From: Alphaproteobacteria bacterium
GTDB lineage: Bacteria; Pseudomonadota; Alphaproteobacteria; Rs-D84
Direction: 5' to 3'
DNA length: 64,000 nucleotides
NCBI GenBank assembly: GCA_017616785.1
Contig: JAFZXK010000022.1
Location: forward strand, 58,516 to 122,515
Shown here: positions 44,946 through 53,933 of the stretch, piece by piece
Position numbering within the stretch: the stretch's first letter is position 1
Layout of the letters: each line of letters starts with the position of its first letter
Program-made: the position numbers and the translations under genes
The notes under the pieces: model-generated
What the model saw: the letters and a program-made list of their open reading frames with translations, nothing else
Database searches by the model: none
Told to the model about the DNA's origin: nothing

Positions 44946-45030
44946 GGCCCTGTGGTGGAATTGGTAGACGCGCTTGACTCAAAATCAAGTTCCGCAAGGA
45001 GTGTCGGTTCAAGTCCGACCAGGGCCACCA
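44946..45030 (+). tRNA. tRNA-Leu (anticodon CAA), CCA encoded
   Basis: 7-bp acceptor stem GGCCCTG/CAGGGCC, anticodon loop CTCAAAA, long variable arm and T arm GTCGG-TTCAAGT-CCGAC. Confidence 0.9.
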
Positions 45031-45040
45031 AATATAAAAA

Positions 45041-45065
45041 ACGCACCCGAAAGGGTGTGTTTTTT
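45041..45065 (+). terminator. Intrinsic terminator after tRNA-Leu
   Basis: ACGCACCC-GAAA-GGGTGTGT followed by T5. Confidence 0.75.
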
Positions 45066-45158
45066 ATATTTGCCGGTCGGACGGATTTTTACAAACGAAG
45101 TGCAGTAAAAATAAATTGCATTTATGCGATTTGCCGTCATTCCGGATTTAGTCCGGAA

Positions 45159-45174
45159 CCGACCAGGGCCACCA
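45159..45174 (+). repeat. Direct repeat of the tRNA-Leu 3' end (CCGACCAGGGCCACCA)
   Basis: 16/16 identity with 45015-45030, located 129 nt downstream of the tRNA. Looks like an att-site scar. Confidence 0.6.
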
Positions 45175-45270
45175 CCAAATTTTGTTAGCCTGCGCCAAAA
45201 GCGCAGGCTTAAAAAATTTGAGTGTCGCGACGGAACGAAGTGTAGACGGGCGAAATCTCGGAAAATATTA

Positions 45271-45390
45271 CGACACCCCGTCCGCTTCGCGGCCACCCCT
45301 CTAGCCAGAGGGGAACTTTGTTGCGTTCTGTTGCAGGAGAAAATTCTCCTCTGGCCAGAGGAGTACGGTGTGAAACACCGGGAGGTGTCG
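45271..45390. repeat. Full-length A-type MITE-like element (120 bp)
   Basis: CGACACCCCG...CCCCTCTAGCCAGAGGGGAA, centre GTTCTGTTGCAGG, then CTCCTCTGGCCAGAGGAG...GGAGGTGTCG. Confidence 0.85.
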
Positions 45391-45498
45391 CCACTCTTTC
45401 TGACAGATGGTGAACTTTTGTGTCGTGGTGGAGTGCGTTTTCTATTGTTCGGTATCGTGATTCTGTGATATAATTCTGTGGTAAAAAAAGGAGAAAAT

Positions 45499-45852
45499 AT
45501 GAAAAAATTACTTTTGTTGCCGGTTGTATTGTTATTGATATCTTGCGCGAACAATGAATCAAGATATCAAGAAACAGGTTTATTGTGTGAAGATGCGGAA
45601 CATAATTCCGGTGAAGCGCAGGTTACTTTGGATGTTGATGCGAACAAAGAAGTTGCCAATGTTGTAGTGAATGGCGAAAAAGTCGTGTTGAGTGCCCAGG
45701 AACAAGGTGAAAATTCTATTTCATATTATGGTACAAATGCCGCGGGCGAGCAGGTTAAATTGGATATAGTTTTTATAAATGATGGGAAAGATGTTCACTA
45801 TATGCTTGGTATAAATTCTGAAGAAAGCACATACGGGTGTTTCAAGAAATAG
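45499..45852 (+). CDS. Hypothetical lipoprotein (117 aa)
   Basis: Lipobox LLISC; RBS AAGGAG. Confidence 0.6.
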   Translation: MKKLLLLPVVLLLISCANNESRYQETGLLCEDAEHNSGEAQVTLDVDANKEVANVVVNGEKVVLSAQEQGENSISYYGTNAAGEQVKLDIVFINDGKDVHYMLGINSEESTYGCFKK

Positions 45853-45864
45853 TAAAGGAATATC

Positions 45865-46182
45865 ATGAAAAAATCTGTAAAAAAACAAAATGCGTCGAAT
45901 GTGTGGCGGTATATTGCTTTGTTGCCTGCGATTTGCGCAGTTTGGGTGGTTGTGTTTTTTGTTGGGGCATATATAGAAAGTTTTTTCTATACTCATGGAT
46001 TGTGGGTGCGTTCGGGAATGTTTTTTATAATTGTTGATTTCTTTATTTTGCCGGGTAGTGCCATTTTTTTCACAACAAGATGGATTGCGCCAAAATATAA
46101 AAATATAACAGCTATTATTGCGACAATTTTGTGCGTTTTGTGGGGAATATTATTGCTTTACGGTTTGGCACATCCATACTAG
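45865..46182 (+). CDS. Small 3-TM membrane protein (IAPKYK family, paralog of 57005-57289)
   Basis: Shares WIAPKYKN and overall topology with the 57005 product. Confidence 0.6.
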   Translation: MKKSVKKQNASNVWRYIALLPAICAVWVVVFFVGAYIESFFYTHGLWVRSGMFFIIVDFFILPGSAIFFTTRWIAPKYKNITAIIATILCVLWGILLLYGLAHPY

Positions 46183-46751
46183 ATTGCGAACATAAGGAAT
46201 ATTCCGATTCCGGCGAGGATAATTGCGCCGATGGTGAGTGGCCAAAAGAATTTTTTTACTATCGCGTTTGCGCGTTCTTGGAATCGCCAGAGCAGGTAGC
46301 CCACAATTGCAAATCGGCCCGTGCGCAATATTGCGGACAATCCCAAAAACAAAACCGCCGGAAAACCCATAAAGCCCGCGCATATTGCCATAAGTTTATA
46401 TGGAACCGGTGTTACCGCCGTCAAAAAGATTATTAAAACACCGTGGCGGATGAACAAACTTTGCGCAAGTTCGAATTTTTCCATGCTTGCAAAATTATTG
46501 ATAAGCCATACGCCCACCGAATCGAAAAGCCACGCGCCAATGCAATATGCAATAATGCCACCGACAATTGACCCCAGCGACGCCGCGAGCACGACCGGAA
46601 TCGCACGCTTTTTGCTTGCAATTATTGGTGGGGTCATAAAAACCTCTGGCGGAATAAACAGAAATATCGATTCGCATACCGTAAGGATGAATACAATCCA
46701 TGTATACGCTTTGCTTTCGGCACGCGATAGCAGGTATTCTGAAACTTTCAT
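46179..46751 (-). CDS. DedA/YqaA-family membrane protein
   Basis: Multi-TM protein of 190 aa with a FLTAVTPVPYKL-type motif. Confidence 0.6.
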   Translation of the reverse strand: MKVSEYLLSRAESKAYTWIVFILTVCESIFLFIPPEVFMTPPIIASKKRAIPVVLAASLGSIVGGIIAYCIGAWLFDSVGVWLINNFASMEKFELAQSLFIRHGVLIIFLTAVTPVPYKLMAICAGFMGFPAVLFLGLSAILRTGRFAIVGYLLWRFQERANAIVKKFFWPLTIGAIILAGIGIFLMFAI

Positions 46752-46837
46752 AATTTTGCCTTTTATAAAAAAATTTTTCTTGATTATAGTTGAATATCTT
46801 ATACCTTACAATACAATTATGGCAGTGAGTTCGTCAA

Positions 46838-47191
46838 ATGAGAAAAAAGCAAACAGATTCAAATCGTAATGAACGCATTGCGGCAAAAGTGCAAACTATT
46901 GTCGCGGAAATTTTGCGCAAAAATTATGCCGATGACCCCGTGATTTCCAAAGTGTCACTTGTTGGCGCCGAAGCGCACGGCGGTTTGCAGTTCGTGCGGT
47001 TGTTCTTTCATTGCCCGGTTGATGATATTGATGTGGCAAAGCGCGCGCTGGACATAGAAACGCGGACGATTCGTTTTCAGATGGGGCAACAAATTGACCA
47101 AAAATATGTGCCACAAATAAGATTCACATATGATGATACTTTGGAGCGTGCGGCAAGGATAGAGGAACTTTTGGAGAGTGTAGGCGAATAA
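46838..47191 (+). CDS. rbfA: Ribosome-binding factor A
   Basis: [18 protein letters not shown]... and typical length. Confidence 0.85.
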   Translation: MRKKQTDSNRNERIAAKVQTIVAEILRKNYADDPVISKVSLVGAEAHGGLQFVRLFFHCPVDDIDVAKRALDIETRTIRFQMGQQIDQKYVPQIRFTYDDTLERAARIEELLESVGE

Positions 47192-47193
47192 AT

Positions 47194-48981
47194 ATGAAGC
47201 AAGAAAACATACGAAATTTTTCAATTGTTGCACATATCGATCATGGAAAATCGACGCTGTCGGACCGGCTTATTGAAATGACGGGGGGATTGGAATCGCG
47301 CGAAATGAAGGCCCAGGTCTTGGATTCTATGGACATTGAACGCGAACGCGGAATTACGATAAAGGCGCAAACTGTGCGGTTGAACTATCGTGCGCGCGAT
47401 GGCCAAGTGTATCAGTTAAATTTGATGGATACGCCGGGGCATGTTGATTTTTCGTATGAAGTGTCGCGCAGTTTGGCCGCGTGCGAAGGTGCGCTGGTTT
47501 TGGTTGATGCGACCCAAGGCGTTCAGGCGCAGACACTGGCCAACGCGTATTTGGCGCTGGACAATGATTTGGAAATGTTGCCGGTTTTGAACAAGATTGA
47601 TTTGCCGTCCAGTGATGTTGATGCCGTACGTGCCCAGATTTCCGATGTTATCGGACTGGATGCGGCGGACGCGATTGCGGTTTCGGGTAAAACTGGGGCC
47701 GGGGTTGCGGAACTGTTGGAAGAAATTGTGCATAAATTACCGGCGCCACATGGTGATGAAAATGCGCCGACACGGGCGTTGTTGGTTGATTCTTGGTATG
47801 ATTCTTACCTTGGGGTTGTGGTGTTGGTGCGCGTGGTGGATGGGACTTTGCGTTTGGGGCAAAAGATAAAATTTATCGCGACCGGCGCGGAATATACGGT
47901 TGAAAAAATCGGTTACTTTACGCCGAAAATGGTAAATGTCGATTCGCTTTCCACCGGTGAAATTGGATTTATTATTACGGGGATGAAAACGATTCACGAT
48001 TGCAAGGTTGGCGATACAATTGCCGATGCGCGTGCGACCGTCGATGTGTTGCCGGGATTCAAACCGTCGGTACCGGTTGTGTTTTCTTCGTTCTTTCCGG
48101 TGGAATCCGATGATTATCCGACACTGCGCGAAAGTGCGGAAAAGTTGGCGTTGAATGATGCGTCGTTTGTGTTCACAACCGAAAAGTCATCGGCGTTGGG
48201 TTTTGGATTACGCTGTGGATTTTTGGGTTTGTTGCATATGGAAATCATTAGTGAAAGGTTGAATCGCGAATTTAACCTTAGTTTGATAAACACTGTGCCA
48301 AGTGTGCTGTATAAGGTTCATCTGCGTAATGGCGAAGTTTTGGACTTGGAAAATCCCGCCGATATGCCCGATATTACAAAGATTGAATATATCGAAGAAC
48401 CGTGGGTGCGGGCCACGATTATGATGCCTGATAAATACATGGGTGGAATAATGCAACTTTGTTCCGATAGGCGCGGTATTCAGGAAAATATATCATATGT
48501 CGGGAATCGTGCGGTGTTGACTTATCAATTGCCGTTGGCAGAGATTGTGTTCGATTTCTATGACCGTGTGAAATCGATTTCTTCGGGTTATGCGTCGTTT
48601 GATTATGTGGTTCAGGGATATCAGCAATCTGATTTGGTAAAGGTTTCGATTCTTGTTAACGAAGAAAATGTTGAACCGCTATCATTTATGTGCCACAGAA
48701 GTTCGGCGGAAAAACGGGGGCGGACGATTGTTGAAAAGTTAAAAGACCTTATTCCGCGACATCAATTCAAAATACCGCTTCAGGCGGCAATCGGTGGAAA
48801 AATTATCGCGCGTGAAACTATCGCGGCGTATCGCAAGGATGTTACGGCAAAATGCTATGGCGGCGATATCACGCGTAAAAGAAAACTTTTGGAGAAGCAG
48901 AAAGAGGGAAAAAAACGTATGCGGACATTTGGTAATGTCGAAATACCACAATCCGCATTTATAAATGCACTTAAAGTTTAA
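47194..48981 (+). CDS. lepA: Elongation factor 4 (LepA)
   Basis: [25 protein letters not shown] and C-terminal LepA domain; 595 aa. Confidence 0.95.
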   Translation: MKQENIRNFSIVAHIDHGKSTLSDRLIEMTGGLESREMKAQVLDSMDIERERGITIKAQTVRLNYRARDGQVYQLNLMDTPGHVDFSYEVSRSLAACEGALVLVDATQGVQAQTLANAYLALDNDLEMLPVLNKIDLPSSDVDAVRAQISDVIGLDAADAIAVSGKTGAGVAELLEEIVHKLPAPHGDENAPTRALLVDSWYDSYLGVVVLVRVVDGTLRLGQKIKFIATGAEYTVEKIGYFTPKMVNVDSLSTGEIGFIITGMKTIHDCKVGDTIADARATVDVLPGFKPSVPVVFSSFFPVESDDYPTLRESAEKLALNDASFVFTTEKSSALGFGLRCGFLGLLHMEIISERLNREFNLSLINTVPSVLYKVHLRNGEVLDLENPADMPDITKIEYIEEPWVRATIMMPDKYMGGIMQLCSDRRGIQENISYVGNRAVLTYQLPLAEIVFDFYDRVKSISSGYASFDYVVQGYQQSDLVKVSILVNEENVEPLSFMCHRSSAEKRGRTIVEKLKDLIPRHQFKIPLQAAIGGKIIARETIAAYRKDVTAKCYGGDITRKRKLLEKQKEGKKRMRTFGNVEIPQSAFINALKV

Positions 48982-48996
48982 CAAAAGGAAAGAGTT

Positions 48997-49233
48997 ATGT
49001 TGATTGATATGAAATATAAATTACTGGAGATAAAAGATGACATCGGTGATTTATGGGTAATGATGGGTTTTTGGCATAGTGCCTGCGTGGATGTTAGAAA
49101 AAAACGTAGCGCCGCAAGAATAGCAAAGGCACATTGTGGCACAGATTATGAAATGGCGATGAAAAGATTAGATATTGCGAAGTCATGGCGACGTTCATAT
49201 TTACGTAGCCTTTTGGGACTAAAAAAGAAATAG
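48997..49233 (+). CDS. Small basic protein S1 (tandem paralog family)
   Basis: 78 aa; AHCGTDY...RRSYLRSLLGLKKK C-terminus. RBS AAGGAAAGAG, 15 nt after lepA. A/T-rich. Confidence 0.55.
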   Translation: MLIDMKYKLLEIKDDIGDLWVMMGFWHSACVDVRKKRSAARIAKAHCGTDYEMAMKRLDIAKSWRRSYLRSLLGLKKK

Positions 49234-49282
49234 GATGTTAGAGAATGTATGAATCAATAATTCTAACAAAAAGGAAAAGAAA

Positions 49283-49690
49283 ATGGCTATGTTTGTAAGC
49301 AAGAATAAAGAATCTAAGTGGCAAGAATTTTTGCGGTTATGTGCGGATATTAAGGAAAAACGTCGTGATATAAGGGCGACACGTCAGAAGATAACCGTGT
49401 TCTGCCAGAAAATGGATTATAATACGGAACGTCCAACGGGATGTTTTGTACGTTATAATACCGTTGCCTTTCCTTGGTGGACAGAATCACATCCGGCCAA
49501 AGATGTAGAATTTGTTTCCGTGTGTCCAAAAATTGGGGAATATGGTCTTTGTCATGGTGATGATGATGAATGTCCAATGTTTGCTGATTATGTGCATTAT
49601 TGTTGGGCTATGTCTGATTTGGAGCACCTAAAAGAAATGCGTCGAGATTCTTTGCGTGATTTGTTCAGAATTCAAAGAAAAGGTCGGTAA
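49283..49690 (+). CDS. Small Cys-containing protein S2 (tandem paralog family)
   Basis: 135 aa; LCHGDDDECPMFADY...RRDSLRDLFRIQRKGR. Confidence 0.55.
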   Translation: MAMFVSKNKESKWQEFLRLCADIKEKRRDIRATRQKITVFCQKMDYNTERPTGCFVRYNTVAFPWWTESHPAKDVEFVSVCPKIGEYGLCHGDDDECPMFADYVHYCWAMSDLEHLKEMRRDSLRDLFRIQRKGR

Positions 49691-49691
49691 T

Positions 49692-50075
49692 ATGTTTGAA
49701 AATTTGAATCAATATTTTTTGATAACTATGCAAATTTGGGTACAACGTCGTTTTGTGCGCAATATACGAAACAAAAAACTTGATAAATTTGAAATGATAG
49801 CGGCGGTACCGGTAAATCGTGATAGAAAAGCGGTGATTGACCAGGAAAAAAGGTCGCATTGTGTAATCATAGATTTGTGTTATGGCAAACCTGATGATAT
49901 ATGTTCAAAATATAAGGAAATGGAACACTGTGGTGATTCTCGGTGTGTGTGCGCGGATGCAAATAAAGCATACATAATGCAAAAACAAAAATTTGCCAAC
50001 GCAGAGAAAGAATATAATAGATTGTTGGAATCCAGGCGCGTTATACGGCGCAAATTGTGGACGCGTAACAAATAA
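49692..50075 (+). CDS. Small Cys-containing protein S3 (tandem paralog family)
   Basis: 127 aa from the ATG one nt after the S2 stop; EHCGDSRCVCADANKAY...RRVIRRKLWTRNK. Confidence 0.55.
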   Translation: MFENLNQYFLITMQIWVQRRFVRNIRNKKLDKFEMIAAVPVNRDRKAVIDQEKRSHCVIIDLCYGKPDDICSKYKEMEHCGDSRCVCADANKAYIMQKQKFANAEKEYNRLLESRRVIRRKLWTRNK

Positions 50076-50094
50076 TAAATAAAAGGCACGAAAG

Positions 50095-50409
50095 ATGTTT
50101 GATAACACATTAGTAGAGTTGCGAAACGCTTGGCGTGATTTGCGTTTGGCACGTCAAAAATATAAGGACGTAAGGCGGTGGGAAAATGCATGTGTCGTTA
50201 GCATGACTGTTGCTGTACCAGACAATTTATGTGGTGGTTGCCATTTGGTTGAAAAGCGCGAACTGTGTTCGTTGTATAACTCTTTCCAGAAGTGTGAAAA
50301 CCAAAAATGTGAAGCGCACGATTGGAATAATGCGTATGTTGAATTGCAGGTTGCCAAACATGCGCGCAATGACGCGATTCGTAATTTGTTTTGTATAAAG
50401 AGAAGATAA
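50095..50409 (+). CDS. Small Cys-containing protein S4 (tandem paralog family)
   Basis: 104 aa; CGGC-x17-CENQKC, then AYVELQVAKHARNDAIRNLFCIKRR. Confidence 0.55.
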   Translation: MFDNTLVELRNAWRDLRLARQKYKDVRRWENACVVSMTVAVPDNLCGGCHLVEKRELCSLYNSFQKCENQKCEAHDWNNAYVELQVAKHARNDAIRNLFCIKRR

Positions 50410-50431
50410 TAAAGGAGCAAAAGGAGCGGAG

Positions 50432-51436
50432 ATGGCGCATCAATTCTTTTTTAATCCGTATATTTTGGATAACCTTAATGCGCCATCGCGGGGCTTTGAT
50501 GTTGTCCAAGATATTTCGGAACCGCGACTTCGTTTGTATATAACAAGTCGTGGCGTTAAAACATTCTTTGTGCGCAAGCGTATAAATGGTCGTGATCGTC
50601 GTATCCTTATTGGCAAATATCCAGACATGGATATTGAAGAAGCACGTAGCGCAGTTGCAAGTGTATTAGATGACGCATCAAAAAAAGTTTCGATAAAGCG
50701 CAAGAAAATTTCGTTTTCTGATTTCGTTCAACTTTATTTGAAAAATCGTGTGCATCGGTCCGTTGGGTCGTATGATAAATTGGTGCGTTCGATAAATATG
50801 CATCTAAGGCCATTGTTTGATAAAAATGTTTCGGATATAACCGTGGATGATATTCGTGAAACAATTGGTGGTATTCGGGGAACGGCGATTGCCGCGCGAA
50901 TGCAAGAACTGTTGCAAAGTATTTTTCGCTATGCGATGGAAACTGGGTATGTGTTATCGAATCCGGTTGCGGCTTTGCCACGGCAAAAACAGAATAGGCG
51001 CGTGCGACCGTTAAACAAATACGGCCTTAATCGATTGATTGAATCGATAAAGAATTATCCAGATGCCACGATGAGTGCGGCGTTTTTAATGCTGATTTAC
51101 GGGTTCGCGACAAAGAATCAGGTCTTTTCTATGCAGTGGGAAGATTTGGACTTTAATCGCGATATGTGGGGTGAACGGCCGCTTTCGGATAGGGCGGTTG
51201 TGTTGTTGCAAGATTTGCCCCAGGATGGATACTGGGTTTTCCCGGGACGTGGGCATGGGCATTTGACCGATCCGCGGGTTGCGTGGGAACGCGTTATTAC
51301 CGATGCCGAAATCCCGGATTTAACAATGGACGATGTTTATAAATTTATCTCGCGGCGGTTGAACTGGGCGGGGGACAAGGAAGATTTGCGCAATAATATG
51401 AACGAATTACTGGATGATTTGTTCGATATTGAATAA
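50432..51436 (+). CDS. Tyrosine-recombinase (P4-type integrase)-like protein, apparently catalytically degenerate
   Basis: N-terminus RLRLYITSRGVKTFFVRKRINGRDRRILIGKYPDMDIEEAR is typical of the integrase arm-binding domain. Expected TGxR, HxxR and C-terminal Tyr positions read GFATK, MDDVYK and absent in my manual alignment. Confidence 0.6.
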   Translation: MAHQFFFNPYILDNLNAPSRGFDVVQDISEPRLRLYITSRGVKTFFVRKRINGRDRRILIGKYPDMDIEEARSAVASVLDDASKKVSIKRKKISFSDFVQLYLKNRVHRSVGSYDKLVRSINMHLRPLFDKNVSDITVDDIRETIGGIRGTAIAARMQELLQSIFRYAMETGYVLSNPVAALPRQKQNRRVRPLNKYGLNRLIESIKNYPDATMSAAFLMLIYGFATKNQVFSMQWEDLDFNRDMWGERPLSDRAVVLLQDLPQDGYWVFPGRGHGHLTDPRVAWERVITDAEIPDLTMDDVYKFISRRLNWAGDKEDLRNNMNELLDDLFDIE

Positions 51437-51552
51437 TGGGCCGTTTTGTTAGGATTTGTTATAATTTCTTGACACAGGGGGCCGAAAGTGATAGTTTTAT
51501 GGCATATGTCGTTTTAGGTGACAAAAGGTTTAACAAAAATAAAGGATGAAAA

Positions 51553-51795
51553 ATGTCAACTTTTGAAAAAGTAAAAAAAATTGTCGCAGATAAATTGGGC
51601 GTGGATGAAGCCAAGGTTACCGAAGCCGCCGCGTTCGTGAACGATTTGGGTGCGGATTCTTTGGACGTTGTCGAATTCGTGATGGAGGTTGAAAAGGAAT
51701 TCGATATCACGATTCCTGATGAAGAAGCGGCAAAGTTGGTTACCGTTGGTGATGCGGTAAAGTATATTGATGCGCATGCCAAAAAGGCCGCATAG
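51553..51795 (+). CDS. acpP: Acyl carrier protein
   Basis: [20 protein letters not shown] phosphopantetheine-attachment motif. Confidence 0.95.
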   Translation: MSTFEKVKKIVADKLGVDEAKVTEAAAFVNDLGADSLDVVEFVMEVEKEFDITIPDEEAAKLVTVGDAVKYIDAHAKKAA

Positions 51796-51915
51796 AAAGT
51801 TTTGGTTCTGTGTTTTATCCGTCATGCAAATGCGTGGCGGATTTTTTTCTGTATTTTTTGCGGAAAACGTATTACTATTACGGCGTAATTTAACTTTATC
51901 AAAAGGAATTATGAT

Positions 51916-53166
51916 ATGAAAAGGGTTGTTATTACGGGTATGGGCATTGTGTCGCCGGTTGGTTGCGGTATTGAACATGCGTGGAAAAACATTGTGGCCG
52001 GGCGTTCCGGCGTTCGCAAGATTGAAGATTTCGATGCTTCTGAATTGGCGTGTCAAATTGCGGGCGTGCCGGTGCGTGGGAACGAACCTGGGATGTTTAA
52101 TCCGGACACTGTGGTTGAACCTCGCGACCAACGAAAGATGGATAAATGTATTTTATATGCGGTTGTTGCCGCGGACGAAGCGGTTCGCGACGCGGGCCTG
52201 GATACATATACCGGCGATAAAGACCGCGTCGGCGTTTCGATTGGCAGTGGTATCGGCGGTTTGAACACAATCTATGAAAATTGTATCGAATTGGCGAACA
52301 GTGGACCGCGCCACATCAGTCCGTTCTTTATCCCAAAGTGCATTATCAATATGGCGGCGGGTCATGTTTCGATTAAATACGGTTTGCGTGGCCCGAATGT
52401 TGCGATGGTGACGGCGTGCGCGACCGGTGCGCACAGTATCGGCGAAGGTGCGCGCCTTATTCAACATGGCGATGCGGACATTATGGTTTGTGGCGGGTCC
52501 GAAGGCGCGGTTGGTAAAATCGGTGTTGCGGGATTTTCGGCGATGAAGGCATTAAGTACGCGTAACGATGATCCGGAACATGCGTCGCGTCCGTGGGATA
52601 AAGACAGGGACGGCTTCGTTATGTCCGAAGGCGCGGGTGTTTTGGTTTTGGAAGAATATGAACATGCGGTCGCGCGTGGTGCAAAAATTTATGCCGAGGT
52701 CGCGGGTTACGGCCTGTCCGGGGACGCATATCATATAACTGCGCCGGCCGAAGGTGGCGAAGGTGGCGCGCGTGCTATGATGGCGGCGTTGAATGATGCG
52801 GGGTTAAAGCCGGCGGATGTTGACTATATCAATGCGCATGGAACGTCAACAGGTCTTGGCGATATTGGTGAATTGACGGCGGTAAAGAAATTGTTTGGTG
52901 ATACGGGTGCGTGTATGTCTTCGACCAAGTCCATGACCGGGCACTTACTGGGTGCCGCCGGCGCGGTAGAGGCGATATTCTGTACACTGGCCATTCGCGA
53001 TGGAATTGTGCCGCCGACAATCAATTTGGATAATCCGATTGATGAGGTTGGCGACTTTGATTTGGTGCCGAACAAGGCAAAGAAACGCAAGGTCGATGTC
53101 GCACTGTCCAATTCATTTGGCTTCGGCGGAACAAATGCATCATTGGTGTTAAAGAAAGTGAATTAG
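51916..53166 (+). CDS. fabF: 3-oxoacyl-ACP synthase II
   Basis: KAS II: active-site context ACATGAHSIG, HGTSTGLGD and GHLLGAAG. Confidence 0.93.
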   Translation: MKRVVITGMGIVSPVGCGIEHAWKNIVAGRSGVRKIEDFDASELACQIAGVPVRGNEPGMFNPDTVVEPRDQRKMDKCILYAVVAADEAVRDAGLDTYTGDKDRVGVSIGSGIGGLNTIYENCIELANSGPRHISPFFIPKCIINMAAGHVSIKYGLRGPNVAMVTACATGAHSIGEGARLIQHGDADIMVCGGSEGAVGKIGVAGFSAMKALSTRNDDPEHASRPWDKDRDGFVMSEGAGVLVLEEYEHAVARGAKIYAEVAGYGLSGDAYHITAPAEGGEGGARAMMAALNDAGLKPADVDYINAHGTSTGLGDIGELTAVKKLFGDTGACMSSTKSMTGHLLGAAGAVEAIFCTLAIRDGIVPPTINLDNPIDEVGDFDLVPNKAKKRKVDVALSNSFGFGGTNASLVLKKVN

Positions 53167-53220
53167 TGTAAGTGTTAGTCCCGCCTACGCCAATGGCTAC
53201 GGCGAGGCGGGGGTTAGTGA

Positions 53221-53245
53221 CGGGCGCGAACGCGCCCGTTTTTTT
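53221..53245 (+). terminator. Intrinsic terminator after fabF
   Basis: CGGGCGCGAACGCGCCCG followed by T7, preceded by a TAGTG-rich spacer. Confidence 0.8.
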
Positions 53246-53368
53246 GCGACACCCCGTCCGCTTTCGCTTCGCTACAGCGAGACACCCCTCTAGCCAGATG
53301 GGAACTTGATTCCAGAGTACGAAGTTCTCCTCTGGCCAGAGGAGTACGGCGAAGCCGGGAGGTGTCGC
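53246..53368. repeat. Full-length A-type MITE-like element (123 bp)
   Basis: GCGACACCCCGTCCGC...CCCCTCTAGCCAGATGGGAA ... CTCCTCTGGCCAGAGGAG...GGAGGTGTCGC. Confidence 0.85.
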
Positions 53369-53382
53369 ATAAAACTTTTATT

Positions 53383-53411
53383 TTGCACATAGTGTGATTT
53401 TATGATAAAAT
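53383..53411 (+). promoter_or_regulatory. Sigma70-type promoter of cassette 2 (-35 TTGCAC, 17 nt, TGa-TAAAAT)
   Basis: ATAAAACTTTTATTTTGCACATAGTGTGATTTTATGATAAAAT parallels 20021-20063. Confidence 0.65.
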
Positions 53412-53618
53412 GTGTATCGATATGGCGGGTTGCCATGTCTGGGCATAGAAACCCATTGAGAAGCGTCCTGATTTTTAGGGACGATAAAGAAAACCACCAA
53501 CCAGAGGGTTGGGGTGTTGCGAATATATTGAATAAGCAACGCAATTCTTCTCATTGTTTCTAAGCCCCAATCCACACAGTGGCGTCTGTCATCGTGTGAA
53601 CTTTGAATCGGGGAAAAA
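53412..53618 (+). ncRNA. Conserved structured 5' leader of cassette 2 (candidate cis-regulatory RNA)
   Basis: Hairpins 53464-53483 and 53497-53512 and the box GAATATATTGAATAA (53521-53535), in the same order as in cassette 1. Confidence 0.4.
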
Positions 53619-53933
53619 ATGAAGCGATATATTTTATTATTTTTAATTCTCTTTATTCCGCAAATTGTGTGGGCGGATGATGCCGGTGTTACGGATGCAG
53701 ATATGCAACGCGCAATGCAGATTTCAAAACTAAAACGCGAAATATCGGAATTGGAAATCCAGCTTGCCGAATGCAAAAGAAAAAATAAAAACTGGAAAAC
53801 GGCGACATGGATTGGTGCGGCGGGAACGGTTGCAACCGGAACCGCGGCGATAGTGCAGGGCGTGAAACTAAATAACCTGAAAAAAGAAAAAGCAAATAAC
53901 AAACCAACCGAAGGTGCAAAAGATGAAAAGTAA
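53619..53933 (+). CDS. Cassette protein A2
   Basis: Very similar to A1 over 104 aa. Confidence 0.7.
   Translation: MKRYILLFLILFIPQIVWADDAGVTDADMQRAMQISKLKREISELEIQLAECKRKNKNWKTATWIGAAGTVATGTAAIVQGVKLNNLKKEKANNKPTEGAKDEK

Noticed and set aside
46179-46182. Convergent genes 45865 (+) and 46179 (-) overlap by 4 nt at a CTAG, sharing both stop codons.
   Set aside because: The overlap is real but trivial, and no functional implication can be supported.
48981-51528. An integrative island with att sites around the S1-S4/integrase-like block.
   Set aside because: The only shared border sequence I found is the 8-mer ACAAAAGG (48981-48988 and 51521-51528). That is too short to be meaningful, and no tRNA is adjacent.
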